64,000 nt of DNA from a cyanobacterium endosymbiont of Rhopalodia gibba (GTDB lineage Bacteria > Cyanobacteriota > Cyanobacteriia > Cyanobacteriales > Microcystaceae), in NCBI GenBank assembly GCA_045159875.1, contig CP067995.1, positions 2,624,001 through 2,688,000 of the forward strand, written 5' to 3'. Both the position numbers and the translations under genes were made by a program. Shown here one piece after another: positions 1 to 11,250 of the stretch; within the stretch, counting starts at the first letter, position 1; each line of letters opens with the position of its first letter. The notes below the pieces were generated by a model, which saw only the letters and a program-made list of their open reading frames with translations, did no database searches and had not been told where the DNA came from.

Positions 1-160
1 GAGTGAAGGGAACACGATGCTTACCAATATGAATAGCTCTATAAGGACGAAAAAGCATATTAATGGCTATATCATTTGTAAAATAGCCAATAATCATACC
101 TGTAACTGGAGGAATGATAATTGTCCAGACTAACGATAAATCTAGGTTAGTGATGATCAA
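1..160 (-). CDS. DUF445 family membrane protein, 5' part (runs off window edge)
   Basis: Manual translation from TTG at 160: [53 protein letters not shown], matching the DUF445 N-terminal motif [16 protein letters not shown]; not in ORF track. Confidence 0.75.
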   Translation of the reverse strand, partial: MIITNLDLSLVWTIIIPPVTGMIIGYFTNDIAINMLFRPYRAIHIGKHRVPFT

Positions 161-254
161 GGGTTATTTGTACTTACTATAAATAAATGCTCCTTATCCC
201 ATTATGGACAATCGTAATGGTTATTAAAGTGTCGATCAATTGAATTTACTTCGA

Positions 255-3200
255 TCATCCTGTATTCCTCATTCCTGCAGCAATTCCATTAATTGTTAAC
301 AACGCTCCCCGTAGTAATTCCTCCTTGGAATAGCGGAAATGAACTACTCCAGATTCGGCCTGATGAGTATATTGACGCAACCGCTTTAAGAGAGAAACTT
401 GTAAAAATCCTAGGGGAACAATGGTTCCATTGCGTAACTGAACCGAACGTTGTAGCCCAACATCACCATCGAGTAATTTTTGGTGATTGGTAATAGAGAG
501 AATAATATCACGAGTTAGGTAATATTCTTGGGATATTTGTTCAAAAACTAGATTAAATCGCTCTATATCTTCAGCTTTAGATAATTCCCTTACATAATGA
601 TGGGCAATTTGTAAATCTACCTTAGATAGGGTCATTTCAACTTTGGAAACTACCATTTTGAAAAACGGCCATTTGAGGTAAAAATATCGTAATAACTTCA
701 GATTTTCTTCTTTTTCTCGATCTAGAAAGCTTTGCAGAGCAGTTCCTACCCCATACCAAGCTGGTAAAAGAAAACGACTTTGAGTCCAACTAAACACCCA
801 AGGAATAGCGCGTAAGCTACTCAAATCCTTTTTACCATTTTTGCGTCGTGCGGGACGAGAACTAATTTGCAATTGGCTAATTTCAGGAATGGGAGTTACT
901 GACAAGAAGAAATCTAGAAAATCGGGCTGTTCGTAAATTAGCGCGCGATAGGCTTTTCTAGCGGTTTTGGCTAACTCTTCCATAATTCCATTCCAAGGGA
1001 TGATATCATCAAACCCACTTCCTAATAAACTAGACTGAATCACGGCAGTGGTAGCGGTTTCTAGGTTATACAAGGCTAATTCAGGAAGGGAATACTTAGA
1101 AGCTAACACTTCTCCTTGTTCCGTAATTTTAATTCGTCCGTTAATAGTAGAAGTTGGTTGAGCTAAAATTGCCGCATAGGCAGGACCGCCCCCTCGTCCT
1201 ACCGATCCACCCCGTCCATGAAACAATCTTAAATCAATATCATGGGGTTGAGCCACTTTTTGTAGGGCTTTTTGAGCTTTGTGGATTTCCCAATTACTGC
1301 TGAGAAACCCTGAATCTTTGTTACTGTCGGAATACCCCACCATGATCTCTTGTAGGTTAGTCGGTTGTAAGGCCGGAAGGGAGCAAGGGGCAGGATCGTT
1401 CGAGTTGCTAGAAAACTGAAGTTGATCGTATCCCCCTGCCAAAGCTGCACGATACAGGGGTAACTGGAATAAATCTCCCATCACTTTTGGAGCACGTTTT
1501 AAGTCGTCTACCGTTTCAAACAAAGGTACAATGCGAATTGTAGTGGTACTAATAGCTGGATCATAAAGTCCTACTTCTTTTGCTAACAACAGTACTTCTA
1601 GAACATCGCTAACATAATTAGTCATACTGATAACGTAGGTTTGGCAGATTTCTAAGCCAAACTCCTGTTGCAGATAACGCAACATCCGCATAGTTTCGAC
1701 AGTTTCACTGTGCTCGGCTTTTTTGAACTGCATCCCTGTGGGAATTAAGGGACGTCGGGTCCCTAGTTCCTGTATCAACCACCTTACTTTCTCTTCTTCG
1801 GGAAGCTGGTTATATGGTTGGGGCAGAATATCTAAGTATTCGGCAATTTCTTCTATAGCATCAGAATGACGGGAGGAGTCCTGACGAAAGTCTAACTGCG
1901 TTAGAGTAAAGCCAAATATTTCGGCTTGAAAGAGTAAATTGTCTAGTTCTTGACAATTAAGCCCGGTTTCTTTCAGATTTCGTTTAATGAGTTCTAAATC
2001 TTGCCAAAACTCTGTTCCCGAATGATAAATATTCTGTACCGTCAGACTAGAAAGCAATTGCCTTTGTTCTGGGTTTGCCAAACGATCATTGCGGTCGCGG
2101 GTATTTTCTAACCGTTTTTGAATATAAGATAATTTTAAGCGATAGGGTTCGTGCCGGTAACGGATAGCCAATTTTTCATAAATCTCTGGCATGGCCGAGC
2201 GGTCCTGTTCCAGGGCATCGAGCAAGTCTTGAGAAACATTGCTCCAGTGGAGGGAAACACTTAACAGTTCTGTTAAATTCTCAATAGAATGCAAATACTT
2301 CTCCAAGACCAAGTTTCGCTGATAACAGGCCGTCTGCCAAGTTACTTCTGGGGTAACAAAGGGGTTGCCATCACGATCACCCCCAACCCAAGAACCGAAA
2401 CGACAAAAGGTACTACTGGGAGGACGTAACCAGGGAAAAGACGACTTCAAGGCTCGTTGTAATCGTTTAGACAGTTGGGGTAAGGCATCAAATAATACTT
2501 TATCGAAGTAGTGGAGAGCATAGTCCACTTCATCGAGAACACTGGGTTTAAACTGGTGGAGTTCATCGGTACGCCACCAGAGGCGGATTTCTTCTGTGAG
2601 TTGTTCCCTAGCGGTTTGAGCTTCCCAAGAGTTGTTCAGTCCCATCCCTTGAAACGATTCTTCAGCTTGATCCAACTGTTGTAGAATGCCTACAATACGC
2701 TGTTGTTTACGTCGGATCGTGTGGCGAACAATTTCAGTGGGGTGGGCTGTAAAGATTAGGCGAATGTCAAGTTGATCAAACAGCCGTTGAATTTGTTGAG
2801 GCGGAACATTGAGTTGTTTTAATTGAGGGAATAACCAGTGAAAAGTTCCAGCTTTATCAGAAGCAATATCACCTTCAAAGCGTTTTTCTAATAAGTTTAT
2901 CTGTTTGGATGAGCTGTAGATTTCTTTTTCTTGTTTATTTAAAGATTTATTCTCATTTCCGGCACAGGTCGCGCGTCTTATTAACTGTTGCTCTCGTTGT
3001 TCGTAATGTTGCTCAACAATGTTAATTAGTTGAAAATAAAGAGCAAATGCTCTGGCGGCCCGAATCGCTTCATTAAGTTCTAACCGTTCAATAAGTTCGG
3101 TTATCGAGGCTTCAGGGATATTTGTCACTTGTCCCTCAGGAGAACACATCGTCCGAAGTTGTTTAAGTAAATCCACCAATTCCTGACCACATTCAGCTTC

Positions 3201-3320
3201 TAACACTGCCTCCCATAAATCTTCAACAAGTTTGAGACGGTGACGTAAAAATAAGTCGGAAGTCGAAAAAACGTTAATGTCTTCGACCATGAATTGAGAT
3301 GATTCATGCAGCGAATTCAT
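255..3320 (-). CDS. ppc: Phosphoenolpyruvate carboxylase
   Basis: 1021 aa; motifs [53 protein letters not shown]-terminal MRNTG. Confidence 0.98.
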   Translation of the reverse strand: MNSLHESSQFMVEDINVFSTSDLFLRHRLKLVEDLWEAVLEAECGQELVDLLKQLRTMCSPEGQVTNIPEASITELIERLELNEAIRAARAFALYFQLINIVEQHYEQREQQLIRRATCAGNENKSLNKQEKEIYSSSKQINLLEKRFEGDIASDKAGTFHWLFPQLKQLNVPPQQIQRLFDQLDIRLIFTAHPTEIVRHTIRRKQQRIVGILQQLDQAEESFQGMGLNNSWEAQTAREQLTEEIRLWWRTDELHQFKPSVLDEVDYALHYFDKVLFDALPQLSKRLQRALKSSFPWLRPPSSTFCRFGSWVGGDRDGNPFVTPEVTWQTACYQRNLVLEKYLHSIENLTELLSVSLHWSNVSQDLLDALEQDRSAMPEIYEKLAIRYRHEPYRLKLSYIQKRLENTRDRNDRLANPEQRQLLSSLTVQNIYHSGTEFWQDLELIKRNLKETGLNCQELDNLLFQAEIFGFTLTQLDFRQDSSRHSDAIEEIAEYLDILPQPYNQLPEEEKVRWLIQELGTRRPLIPTGMQFKKAEHSETVETMRMLRYLQQEFGLEICQTYVISMTNYVSDVLEVLLLAKEVGLYDPAISTTTIRIVPLFETVDDLKRAPKVMGDLFQLPLYRAALAGGYDQLQFSSNSNDPAPCSLPALQPTNLQEIMVGYSDSNKDSGFLSSNWEIHKAQKALQKVAQPHDIDLRLFHGRGGSVGRGGGPAYAAILAQPTSTINGRIKITEQGEVLASKYSLPELALYNLETATTAVIQSSLLGSGFDDIIPWNGIMEELAKTARKAYRALIYEQPDFLDFFLSVTPIPEISQLQISSRPARRKNGKKDLSSLRAIPWVFSWTQSRFLLPAWYGVGTALQSFLDREKEENLKLLRYFYLKWPFFKMVVSKVEMTLSKVDLQIAHHYVRELSKAEDIERFNLVFEQISQEYYLTRDIILSITNHQKLLDGDVGLQRSVQLRNGTIVPLGFLQVSLLKRLRQYTHQAESGVVHFRYSKEELLRGALLTINGIAAGMRNTG

Positions 3321-3561
3321 GGGAACCTCAGGGACGTTCTATAAACCTAGTAAGGATGGAAATCTTTAGGAATCGAGAGCAGTATAGAGATCATTTTTTT
3401 TCTTTTAAAAGCCTTTAAGAAGTCAGATAGTTAAACTTACCTTAGTTAGAGTTAAGTGTTTGCTAAATTTTTCTTGAGCCTAGCGATTCCCATCATTCTA
3501 TCGGTTCTGGCCTGGATTAGAAATTAATTTAAACTTTTTTTGGCAAAAATTTAATTTTACT

Positions 3562-3765
3562 TTAAGAAAGTGGGTTGGTTGAACTGCTGTCAGGAAAGTT
3601 GAGGATAGGCAAGCGAGCACCCCGAAATACTTCCTCACTAGCTTCTCCCAACTCTTCCAATACTTGAGTGATTTGGTGGACAATGAGCAAACTACCCAAA
3701 AACGGAGCAGTTGCCAAACTTAAGTAGATAATAATAGGACGGAGGGGCTGATTAACTTGGCTCAC
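3562..3765 (-). CDS. Small conserved cyanobacterial hypothetical protein
   Basis: 67 aa, one hydrophobic segment then LEELGEASEEVFRGARLPILNFP; GGAG-like RBS upstream. Confidence 0.65.
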   Translation of the reverse strand: MSQVNQPLRPIIIYLSLATAPFLGSLLIVHQITQVLEELGEASEEVFRGARLPILNFPDSSSTNPLS

Positions 3766-4415
3766 AGATCATTACTCCTAATGCTAGATTACTGGTTTTA
3801 TCATATACTCTTCTTTGACAGTCTTAATCGTTTATAATAAACTTTAAGAAGTTTATTATTGTTGATGCTGATCAGGAAAAATTAATTACAAATTACTAAG
3901 ATGCCAGGAATGATTTAATCAGTTAAAATGAACAAAACCATGATAGCAAAAAACAGAATTATTTATTTTAAAAATGTCAATAATAAATTTTGCCTAGCTG
4001 CATAGCAATTGAGATAAAGCTGACCTTGTCCAAACTTTAAATTTAAAGTGGCAACAGCTTCCAATAGTCCATCTTTATAATACCCTCTTAATAGGCTTTT
4101 TAGGATTATTGAGCTACCATTTTTGTTTTTATCTGTTTACTATCATTAAAAGTGATTACACTGTATTTTTTCTATGTTCTATCAAGCTAAACCTCTATCA
4201 AGAAAAAAGAGAAAAATTATATGTTTGTACTTTAATGCTAATCTTTATAGAGAACATAATTAACACTATTATGTTCTCTATAAAGATTAGCATTTTTAAG
4301 ATTTAAATAGGTGTTTCAACCGTTGTGTTCCAATTGTTACTGGAGCAAATCATGGCATTTATACAACCACAGCTGTCTATCCAAAAATTAACCATTAACT
4401 ATCAATTAAACTTAG

Positions 4416-6143
4416 ATGTCTTCTTATGAACCTCTACATCATAAATACCGTCCCCAAACATTCGCTGATTTAGTGGGACAAGAAGCGATTACCACTACTT
4501 TAATAAATGCGATCATCTCCCGAAGAATTGCCCCTGCTTACTTGTTTACGGGGCCTAGGGGCACAGGGAAAACCTCCTCTGCACGAATTTTAGCCAAATC
4601 GCTTAATTGTCAACAAGTCGAAAATCCTACTTTCACCCCTTGTGGTAATTGTGAAGTATGTCGGACAATCACTAAAGGATCAGCTCTAGATATCATTGAA
4701 ATTGACGCAGCTAGTAACACAGGAGTCGATAATATTCGAGAAATTATCGAAAATGCACAATTTGCACCTGTTCAGTGCCGCTATAAGGTATACATCATTG
4801 ATGAATGTCATATGCTTAGTGTAGCGGCATTTAATGCTCTCCTCAAAACCTTAGAAGAACCCCCAGATCGAGTAATTTTTATCCTCGTCACCACCGATCC
4901 CCAAAGAGTTTTACCGACAATTATTTCTCGCTGTCAAAGGTTTGATTACCGACGTATTTCCATAGAAGCCATGGTGGGTCATTTAAGCAAAATTGCTCAT
5001 CAGGAAGCCATTGATATTGCCGATGAAGCTCTAACATTAGTCGCCCAAATTGCCAATGGGGGATTACGAGATGCTGAAAGTCTTATGGATCAATTAAGTC
5101 TATTATCGGGAACTATTACCTCAGAGAAAGTCTGGGATCTAGTTGGGGCAGTTTCTGAACAGGATTTATTGAAATTATTACAGGCGATTGCCTCAGATAC
5201 TCCAGAATCAGTTATAGATAACTGTCGTCATTTAATGAACCGGGGAAGAGAACCTTTAGTTGTCCTGCAGTACTTAGCAGGATTTTACCTCAACCTTTTG
5301 ATTGCCAAAACAGCCCCCAATCGCCCTGATATAGCAGCAGTAACAGCCACAACTTGGCAAGCTTTATCTACTGAAGCGCAAAAGTGGAAAGTTGAGACTA
5401 TTCTACAAGGACAACAACGTCTTAAAGAAAGTGAAGTTCAACTAAGGAATACTACTCAACCTCATTTATGGTTAGAAGTTACCCTTTTAAGTTTATTACC
5501 ATCAGCTTGTCATTCCCAAACCGTTTTCAAGTCTGATAACGAAATAGAAGTTAGAAGAGAGGAGGTAATAGACAAGAAACAGGAGATAACACTCACTATT
5601 TCTCCCTTGTCTAACTACACCTTTCAAATGCCCCAATCCTCCCAAGATTCTCATATCTCACAAGCGGAAAAGACGATAAAAGATGCAAAACTTAACGCTA
5701 CGGAAATATGGCCGTTAGTTTTAGGAGAATTACAACCTTTTTCTCAAGATTTAGTCAGATCTAATTGTCATCTTCTTAATTTAGATGAGTCAGCGGCCTA
5801 TATCGAAGTTCGTAGTCAAGGATTGCTCAAATTAGTCCAAGGAAAAATTTCTAATCTTGAAACAGCTTTTCTCGAGGTTTGCCAACGTCCTATTAAGGTT
5901 AATTTAAAAGTGGCTTCCTCTTTTAATAGAACTTCTAAAAGACCTCAAGCTATTGAACTGTCACCGTCAAATCTTCCTCCAGTCAACAATAACCAAACCT
6001 CAAAAGCAATTAATCCCCAACCAGTTACCCATTTTTATTCTTCTAACTCTAATAATAATGACTCAACATCTCAAGCTCCTCAATCTGAAATAAAATTACA
6101 ATCTCAAATAGAAATTGATTGTCTTAAAAAAAAACTGATTTAA
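4416..6143 (+). CDS. dnaX: DNA polymerase III subunit gamma/tau (C-terminal tail frameshifted at A9 run)
   Basis: KYRPQTF, Walker A GPRGTGKT, Zn-binding CxxC, IDAASN, DECHML, SRC motif; tail continues in -1 frame after 6134. Confidence 0.95.
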   Translation: MSSYEPLHHKYRPQTFADLVGQEAITTTLINAIISRRIAPAYLFTGPRGTGKTSSARILAKSLNCQQVENPTFTPCGNCEVCRTITKGSALDIIEIDAASNTGVDNIREIIENAQFAPVQCRYKVYIIDECHMLSVAAFNALLKTLEEPPDRVIFILVTTDPQRVLPTIISRCQRFDYRRISIEAMVGHLSKIAHQEAIDIADEALTLVAQIANGGLRDAESLMDQLSLLSGTITSEKVWDLVGAVSEQDLLKLLQAIASDTPESVIDNCRHLMNRGREPLVVLQYLAGFYLNLLIAKTAPNRPDIAAVTATTWQALSTEAQKWKVETILQGQQRLKESEVQLRNTTQPHLWLEVTLLSLLPSACHSQTVFKSDNEIEVRREEVIDKKQEITLTISPLSNYTFQMPQSSQDSHISQAEKTIKDAKLNATEIWPLVLGELQPFSQDLVRSNCHLLNLDESAAYIEVRSQGLLKLVQGKISNLETAFLEVCQRPIKVNLKVASSFNRTSKRPQAIELSPSNLPPVNNNQTSKAINPQPVTHFYSSNSNNNDSTSQAPQSEIKLQSQIEIDCLKKKLI

Positions 6144-6819
6144 CTGAAATTTCTGGTAGTATTGCTGTTGAAGAAATTGAAAAAGCTGCTAAAAGTTTAG
6201 CTAAAATATTTGATGGAGAGATTATTAATTTATCTCATCAGTTTCACAGTGAATTTTCCAATCTTATTGAAAAAGATTTAGAAGTCAGTAAATATCATTC
6301 ATCCCCACCATCGCAATCATTTTGAAGAAATCATAAAGCTTAAAATCTTCTTGTTGCTAAAACGATTGGTCAACAACAATCAGAAATAAGAATAGAAAAT
6401 TCAGATTTAACTCAATCAAGTTCAGACTTGTTACATAAACCATTCTTAGAAGAATTAAGAATGTATAATAATCAGGTAACTGAATCAGTTGATTGGGAAA
6501 AACCTGATAAAATAGATGCGATTACTCAGAGGGTTAAATATAATTCATCTGCTTGAGATAAGCCATTAGAAATTCTACAATATAATACACAAGTAAACAA
6601 GTTAAAACCTTTTGCTCTAGGACGACCAGAAGTCATAGACAATGAAGAAGATTTCAAATGTTAACAAGGATGTATTTTTTGAATACATCTGTTATAGGTT
6701 AAAATGAAGGTGTATAGCTAAAACAAAAAAAAGTTTAATTCTATTAAAATATATTATATCTAATGAATTATCAATCAATCATTAATTGATAATTCCAAAT
6801 TTTTTTAAATTAAGTTTCT

Positions 6820-7326
6820 ATGAGAAAAAGCAATCTATCAAATTTAGTTATGGATAATTTTTTTCCCAAAAATCCTCACCTGATGAATTAATAAATGAAT
6901 TTAAATACGATTTTATGTTTACATCCGAATGATAAGCTAACCAGCAAATCAGATGTAATTTACTTTGAAAATTTGCACCATAACTCACGTGTAATTACTC
7001 ATCTAGGAGATAATCTAATTGGAAAAGGAGACGGAGGTGATGAGGAGATATTAGTCAATTTGCCTCAGGTTTCTGACACGATTTACAACTTGTTTTTTGT
7101 AGTTAATATCTTTAATTGGATTAAACAAAAACAAAACTTTGAACAGGTAGAAAATACTTTTGTACGATTAGTTGATTGAGAAAAAAATCAACTAATCGCT
7201 CATCATAACCTTTTTAGCTGTGAATACCAAGGAAACCCCGAAATAATTTTAGCAGAAGTTTATTGTCATAATACTGGGTGAAAAATGACTGCCGTTAGGG
7301 AAATAATTAATATTAAAAATATTTAA
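6820..7326 (+). pseudogene. TerD family stress protein remnant
   Basis: HLGDNLIGKGDGGDEEILVNL...FVRLVD* then continues IAHHNL...IILAEVYCHNTG*KMTAV; in-frame stops and eroded 5' end. Confidence 0.75.
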
Positions 7327-7419
7327 AAAATCGTCAATTTTTATTTTTAAATTGCGAAATCTTAATTAATTTTCTTCTAAATAACTCATTTATTCTATTA
7401 TTTTTTAATGTAAATAAAA

Positions 7420-8124
7420 AATAATAGTTGTGGTAACATACCGATTTTTTTAGCCATATCCTTACGGGGTAACTTCTTAAACAATATACATCCAAGAGCA
7501 ACTTGTGTTTTATCTTTAAGCTAATTTATTGCCCGCTCTAATTATGGTATATCCTCTTATGGTAGGTGTTTAAGCTGGTTATTCTGATCGGTAATTTTAG
7601 TTATTCTAGAAAAGTTTTTATTTGCAAGGCTTCGAAATATCCTAAAAACTTGATTACATAAAGATTTAGCTTTTGGATCTGAATACAGTCATCATTAGAG
7701 TTTTAGGAATTACTAACTACTAATCTACCAGACCTAGTCTGGTTTGGAAAAACCGGAATTATTTCTTTAAAGCTAATAGAACAATTGCTCGCTAGATTAA
7801 GGGTTACATCTAAAACTAATTCGTATTCATGTTCATCCTCCTAAAGGAATATTTAACCCTGATGTAGGGAATAGCAAAAGAACTGAAAGCATACCTTTGA
7901 TGGGAATTAAATTGTTCAATGGTACAAATCAATCCTAAATAGCCAATTTGTGATAAATCTTCATAGAGTTCTGAACACTTATTGCTAACATGATAAGTAA
8001 CTTGAGGAACCAATCCAAATATGGTGACTCAACAGATTTATTACGCAAGGCCAGAGAGGAGTCCCGCGAATAAGTAATTAAAAGTTCCATGCCTTCCTTG
8101 TACATCATTCTACTTAGTTTCCAT
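7420..8124 (-). pseudogene. sigF: RNA polymerase sigma factor SigF-like remnant
   Basis: Fragments MELLITYSRDSSLALRN and YEDLSQIGYLGLICTIEQF...AFSSFAIPYIR (sigma region 2) with frameshifts; boundaries approximate. Confidence 0.75.
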
Positions 8125-8229
8125 TTATACCTCTGTTCTTGAACAATACCGGTAGCTTAAAAATAACTAATCTAGGTCATCAATTGTTCTATTCAGCAAA
8201 AATTAGGACTATCGGCATTACACGGAAAT

Positions 8230-8280
8230 CTTGCAAAACTCATGTATTTTCCTAAGGGGAAGATACATGAGTTTTGCAAG
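8230..8280. repeat. 18-bp perfect inverted repeat
   Basis: cttgcaaaactcatgtat (8230-8247) / atacatgagttttgcaag (8263-8280). Confidence 0.85.
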
Positions 8281-8471
8281 GTTGAGAAAATGGCAGACTA
8301 ATCTTTAGTCAATTTTGTTGTAATTGACTAAAGATATCTTCCTAACAAACCCAGATTCATCATGGATTCAAAAATTACATTCGATATTCCTGACTGGCTG
8401 TTCGGTCTCGATTTCAGCTATAAAACTTAAGTAAGTCCTTAAAACCAATTAGAGGTAGTAGAACATATTCT

Positions 8472-9200
8472 ATGAGTAACACCAGTGATTTTCGTAACGC
8501 CATCCGTGATGTTAAGGGTCAATCTCTTATTGGTCCCAATGTCATTGCTAACGCCCTACCCTATCTTGGAGGCGGATTGGTGCTGACAGCTGTTGGCACT
8601 TATGGGGGACTAGGGGTGATTCAATCCTATCCTAATCTATTTTTTCCCTCCTTAATCGCAGCATTTATTGTCGAGTTTGTCCTGTTTTTTGTTGCTTGTA
8701 ATATAGCTGAACAAGGCAATAATGGCACAGCTTTACCTTTACTAGCCCTTTATAGTCTTCTTTCTGGGTATACCCTTAGTGGGGTAATCTTTGTCGCTTT
8801 AGGAACTCAAGGAGTTGGGTTACAAGGTATTGCCGTTGCTGCTGGAGGTTGTGGTATTGCTTTTATAGCAGGTCGCAGTATTGGCTCCAATCTTTCTGAA
8901 CAAGATGGCATGGCTTTAACTAAAACCATTAGCTTAGGAGTTATTGCCCTATTAGTGGTAATGATTGCTCAAGTATTGTTTGCCATATTCGGGGTTTATA
9001 CACCGACTTGGTTAGACATTGCTATCTCTGGTATTGGGGTATTTCTGTTTGCTGGAGCCGCCGTGGTAGACTTTTATATTTTGCCCCGTACCTATCGTAA
9101 TGATCAGTATTTCTCGGCAGCCCTGTCGATGTACCTGACCTATATTAACCTGTTTATCTTCATCTTACGTCTTTTGATTGCTATCAACAGTCGCGACTAA
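8472..9200 (+). CDS. Bax inhibitor-1/YccA family membrane protein
   Basis: 242 aa, about 7 TM segments, C-terminal AALSMYLTYINLFIFILRLL. Confidence 0.9.
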   Translation: MSNTSDFRNAIRDVKGQSLIGPNVIANALPYLGGGLVLTAVGTYGGLGVIQSYPNLFFPSLIAAFIVEFVLFFVACNIAEQGNNGTALPLLALYSLLSGYTLSGVIFVALGTQGVGLQGIAVAAGGCGIAFIAGRSIGSNLSEQDGMALTKTISLGVIALLVVMIAQVLFAIFGVYTPTWLDIAISGIGVFLFAGAAVVDFYILPRTYRNDQYFSAALSMYLTYINLFIFILRLLIAINSRD

Positions 9201-9204
9201 TCTA

Positions 9205-9253
9205 TTGGAGTAGAGGGAAGCACTTATTATTTGCGTGCTTCCCTCTACTCCAA
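9205..9253. terminator. 19-bp stem-loop just after the BI-1 gene stop
   Basis: ttggagtagagggaagcac / gtgcttccctctactccaa; no U-tract on + strand. Confidence 0.55.
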
Positions 9254-9354
9254 AAATTGAAGCAGCCCTTTTTCTTCTCAATAACTATTCTCATAAAAAT
9301 GGTCTACTTTTAGTAGGTCAAGGATTGTAATTATTATTGTTTGATAAGCAATCT

Positions 9355-9525
9355 ATGCCAGACTCCCAATTCCAACCAACTAAAACCCCTAAACTCAGAG
9401 AACCGAAGTTTGATTTTAATGAATATACAAAACACCTCAATGTCCGTACCGCCATAATAGGATTTGTTCCGAGCCTACTCATTGAATATCTGACTGGTCA
9501 GGGCTTATTAAATTCGCTGGGTTGA
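9355..9525 (+). pseudogene. High-light inducible protein (Hli/SCP), degenerate
   Basis: PKLREPKFDFNEYTKHLNVRTAIIGF...IEYLTGQGLL; ORF is open but the canonical ExxNGRxAM motif is altered. Confidence 0.75.
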
Positions 9526-9697
9526 CAGTGAATAACCGTGCCGGAAAAAAGAACGTCATAAACTCTTCTCCCAGTCGTCAAGTCTGTTCCCTGATTAGTC
9601 TAAGGAATTTCTCCGATACCTGTTCAGTTTTGGGATAGCTTGAGATAAGCTGAAACAAGAATAGTTAATTAAAACAGCACAATATCAGTACATCATA

Positions 9698-9982
9698 ATG
9701 AATGTTTTTTTTCCTCGTTTTCTAAAAAGAGCTTACCGTAAAGAGCCAATTTCTAGCTTCATCTTAGTGGTAGGAGTGGTTGATTCGGTAATCGGGGGGG
9801 TATGGGAGAAGTCGACTTTACTGTCCTCTGGACTGGTGGTGGTTTTACTCTCTGTAATCCTACGCTACTGGCACACTCAAAAAGCCCAACATTTAGCGAG
9901 CGAAGATCCTCCCAGACGATACCTTCCCCTGAGTCCAATGCGATCACCTCTACCAAGATTAACTAATGATAAGCCTCGTTAA
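9698..9982 (+). CDS. Conserved cyanobacterial small membrane protein
   Basis: 94 aa, RFLKRAYRKEPISSFIL followed by two hydrophobic segments. Confidence 0.7.
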   Translation: MNVFFPRFLKRAYRKEPISSFILVVGVVDSVIGGVWEKSTLLSSGLVVVLLSVILRYWHTQKAQHLASEDPPRRYLPLSPMRSPLPRLTNDKPR

Positions 9983-10104
9983 TAAAAACTATAATTACTA
10001 AAGCTTTGCGGTAAACATTATTGTGACTGCCAAGAGATATTCTGAAAATTCTCTCCACATTGCAATATGAGATGAACAACTACTTAGTTTTTAAATTGTG
10101 ATTA

Positions 10105-10386
10105 ATGCCTCAAGATCAACAACATCCCCGGGAAAAAAAAGATCAAGCAGTGGTCAATGCCCTTCTCCAAGAAGAGGCTAATCCTCACAATCTAGCAGAA
10201 TTAGCTCGGTTGCGTATCCGCTACCATAAGTTTCCAGGGGCTAGGCAGCTCCAAAATGATCTAGAGTTACTATTGCAACAATGGGAACTGACCGAAGAAC
10301 AACTGTTCGAACAAACCCGTCAACTCCATGAAACTCGTCAAGTTTATCAACGTATTAAGGGCAAAAGTGCTCAGGATTGGAGTTGA
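10105..10386 (+). CDS. DUF3288 family protein
   Basis: DQQHP...NLAELARLRIRY..FPGAR..Q.DL...W.LTEE.L...TR.LH, ends DWS. Confidence 0.8.
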   Translation: MPQDQQHPREKKDQAVVNALLQEEANPHNLAELARLRIRYHKFPGARQLQNDLELLLQQWELTEEQLFEQTRQLHETRQVYQRIKGKSAQDWS

Positions 10387-10532
10387 AAGCGAGGGGTTGG
10401 GTGGAGTACAGCCAGTTGCTTAGCACTCACCATAGCTTAAATGAGTGTGAAACAGAAAAGCAGTTAAAAAAGAGCCATCTCTAAATGGTAGCCTACCTAA
10501 AAGTTCGGCTGGTAGAATTATAAAAACGATGC

Positions 10533-11250
10533 CTAACCCTTTTCCACAGAAATAATCGTTCGATGAGGAGGATTACTGAAGATGATAGTTTTGTAGTCAA
10601 ATCTTACTTCTATCAGGTTTAATTCTGCATCAAAAATATGAGAATTCTTACTCCAAGGTTCTATACTCTTCATCGGAACAAATGACGTAGGGGGTAAGTT
10701 GTAAATCACAGGAGTGGCAAGATTATTATACACAATATCTGATATTATCCTTGCTAAGAGGATTTGTGAAATTTTAGTGGAAATAGCTTTGCTTGCCACT
10801 CTTGAGAATTGACATAGAACAAATTGTAATGTAACTATCTTAAAAGAACTGTTAGAAAAATCTGTTTTTTCAGCTAGACCATGTACCTATTGGACAATTT
10901 CTTGTTTTTCATCTTTGAATTTAGCCACCACAAACATCTAAGAATATTAAATTTAAACCCTCACACTGAGATATTATTCTGTTTTTGATTAAAGTAAAGG
11001 TGTAAGTCTAGAGCCGAAACCTCCATCGAATATCCTCGGCTTAAAACATCTTGAACAACCGTAAGGCTATAGAGCTTTAAAATTTCATACAGACTTTTTC
11101 GTAAGCAATTTTGAGCAATTTTGGGAGTTAAAGTCTCTTCCTTTCAAAATACTAAGAACATGAATAAGGCGGCGGAGTTAACTTCAAAGACTGCTTGCCA
11201 AAAGAAATCACCCTCATCATAAGCATGAAAAGAAAATAAATAGTACTCAG
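10533..11250 (-). pseudogene. Unidentified eroded gene
   Basis: 88-aa ORF plus upstream coding-like fragments (DEGDFFWQAVFEVNSAALF) with stops. Confidence 0.3.

Noticed and set aside
4109..4306. AT-rich ORFs in deserts (also 11441-11641, 12355-12697, 38288-38476, 52500-52751, 55185-55388)
   Set aside because: Low-complexity I/K/F/L-rich translations without family motifs; likely chance ORFs or off-frame pieces of pseudogenes.
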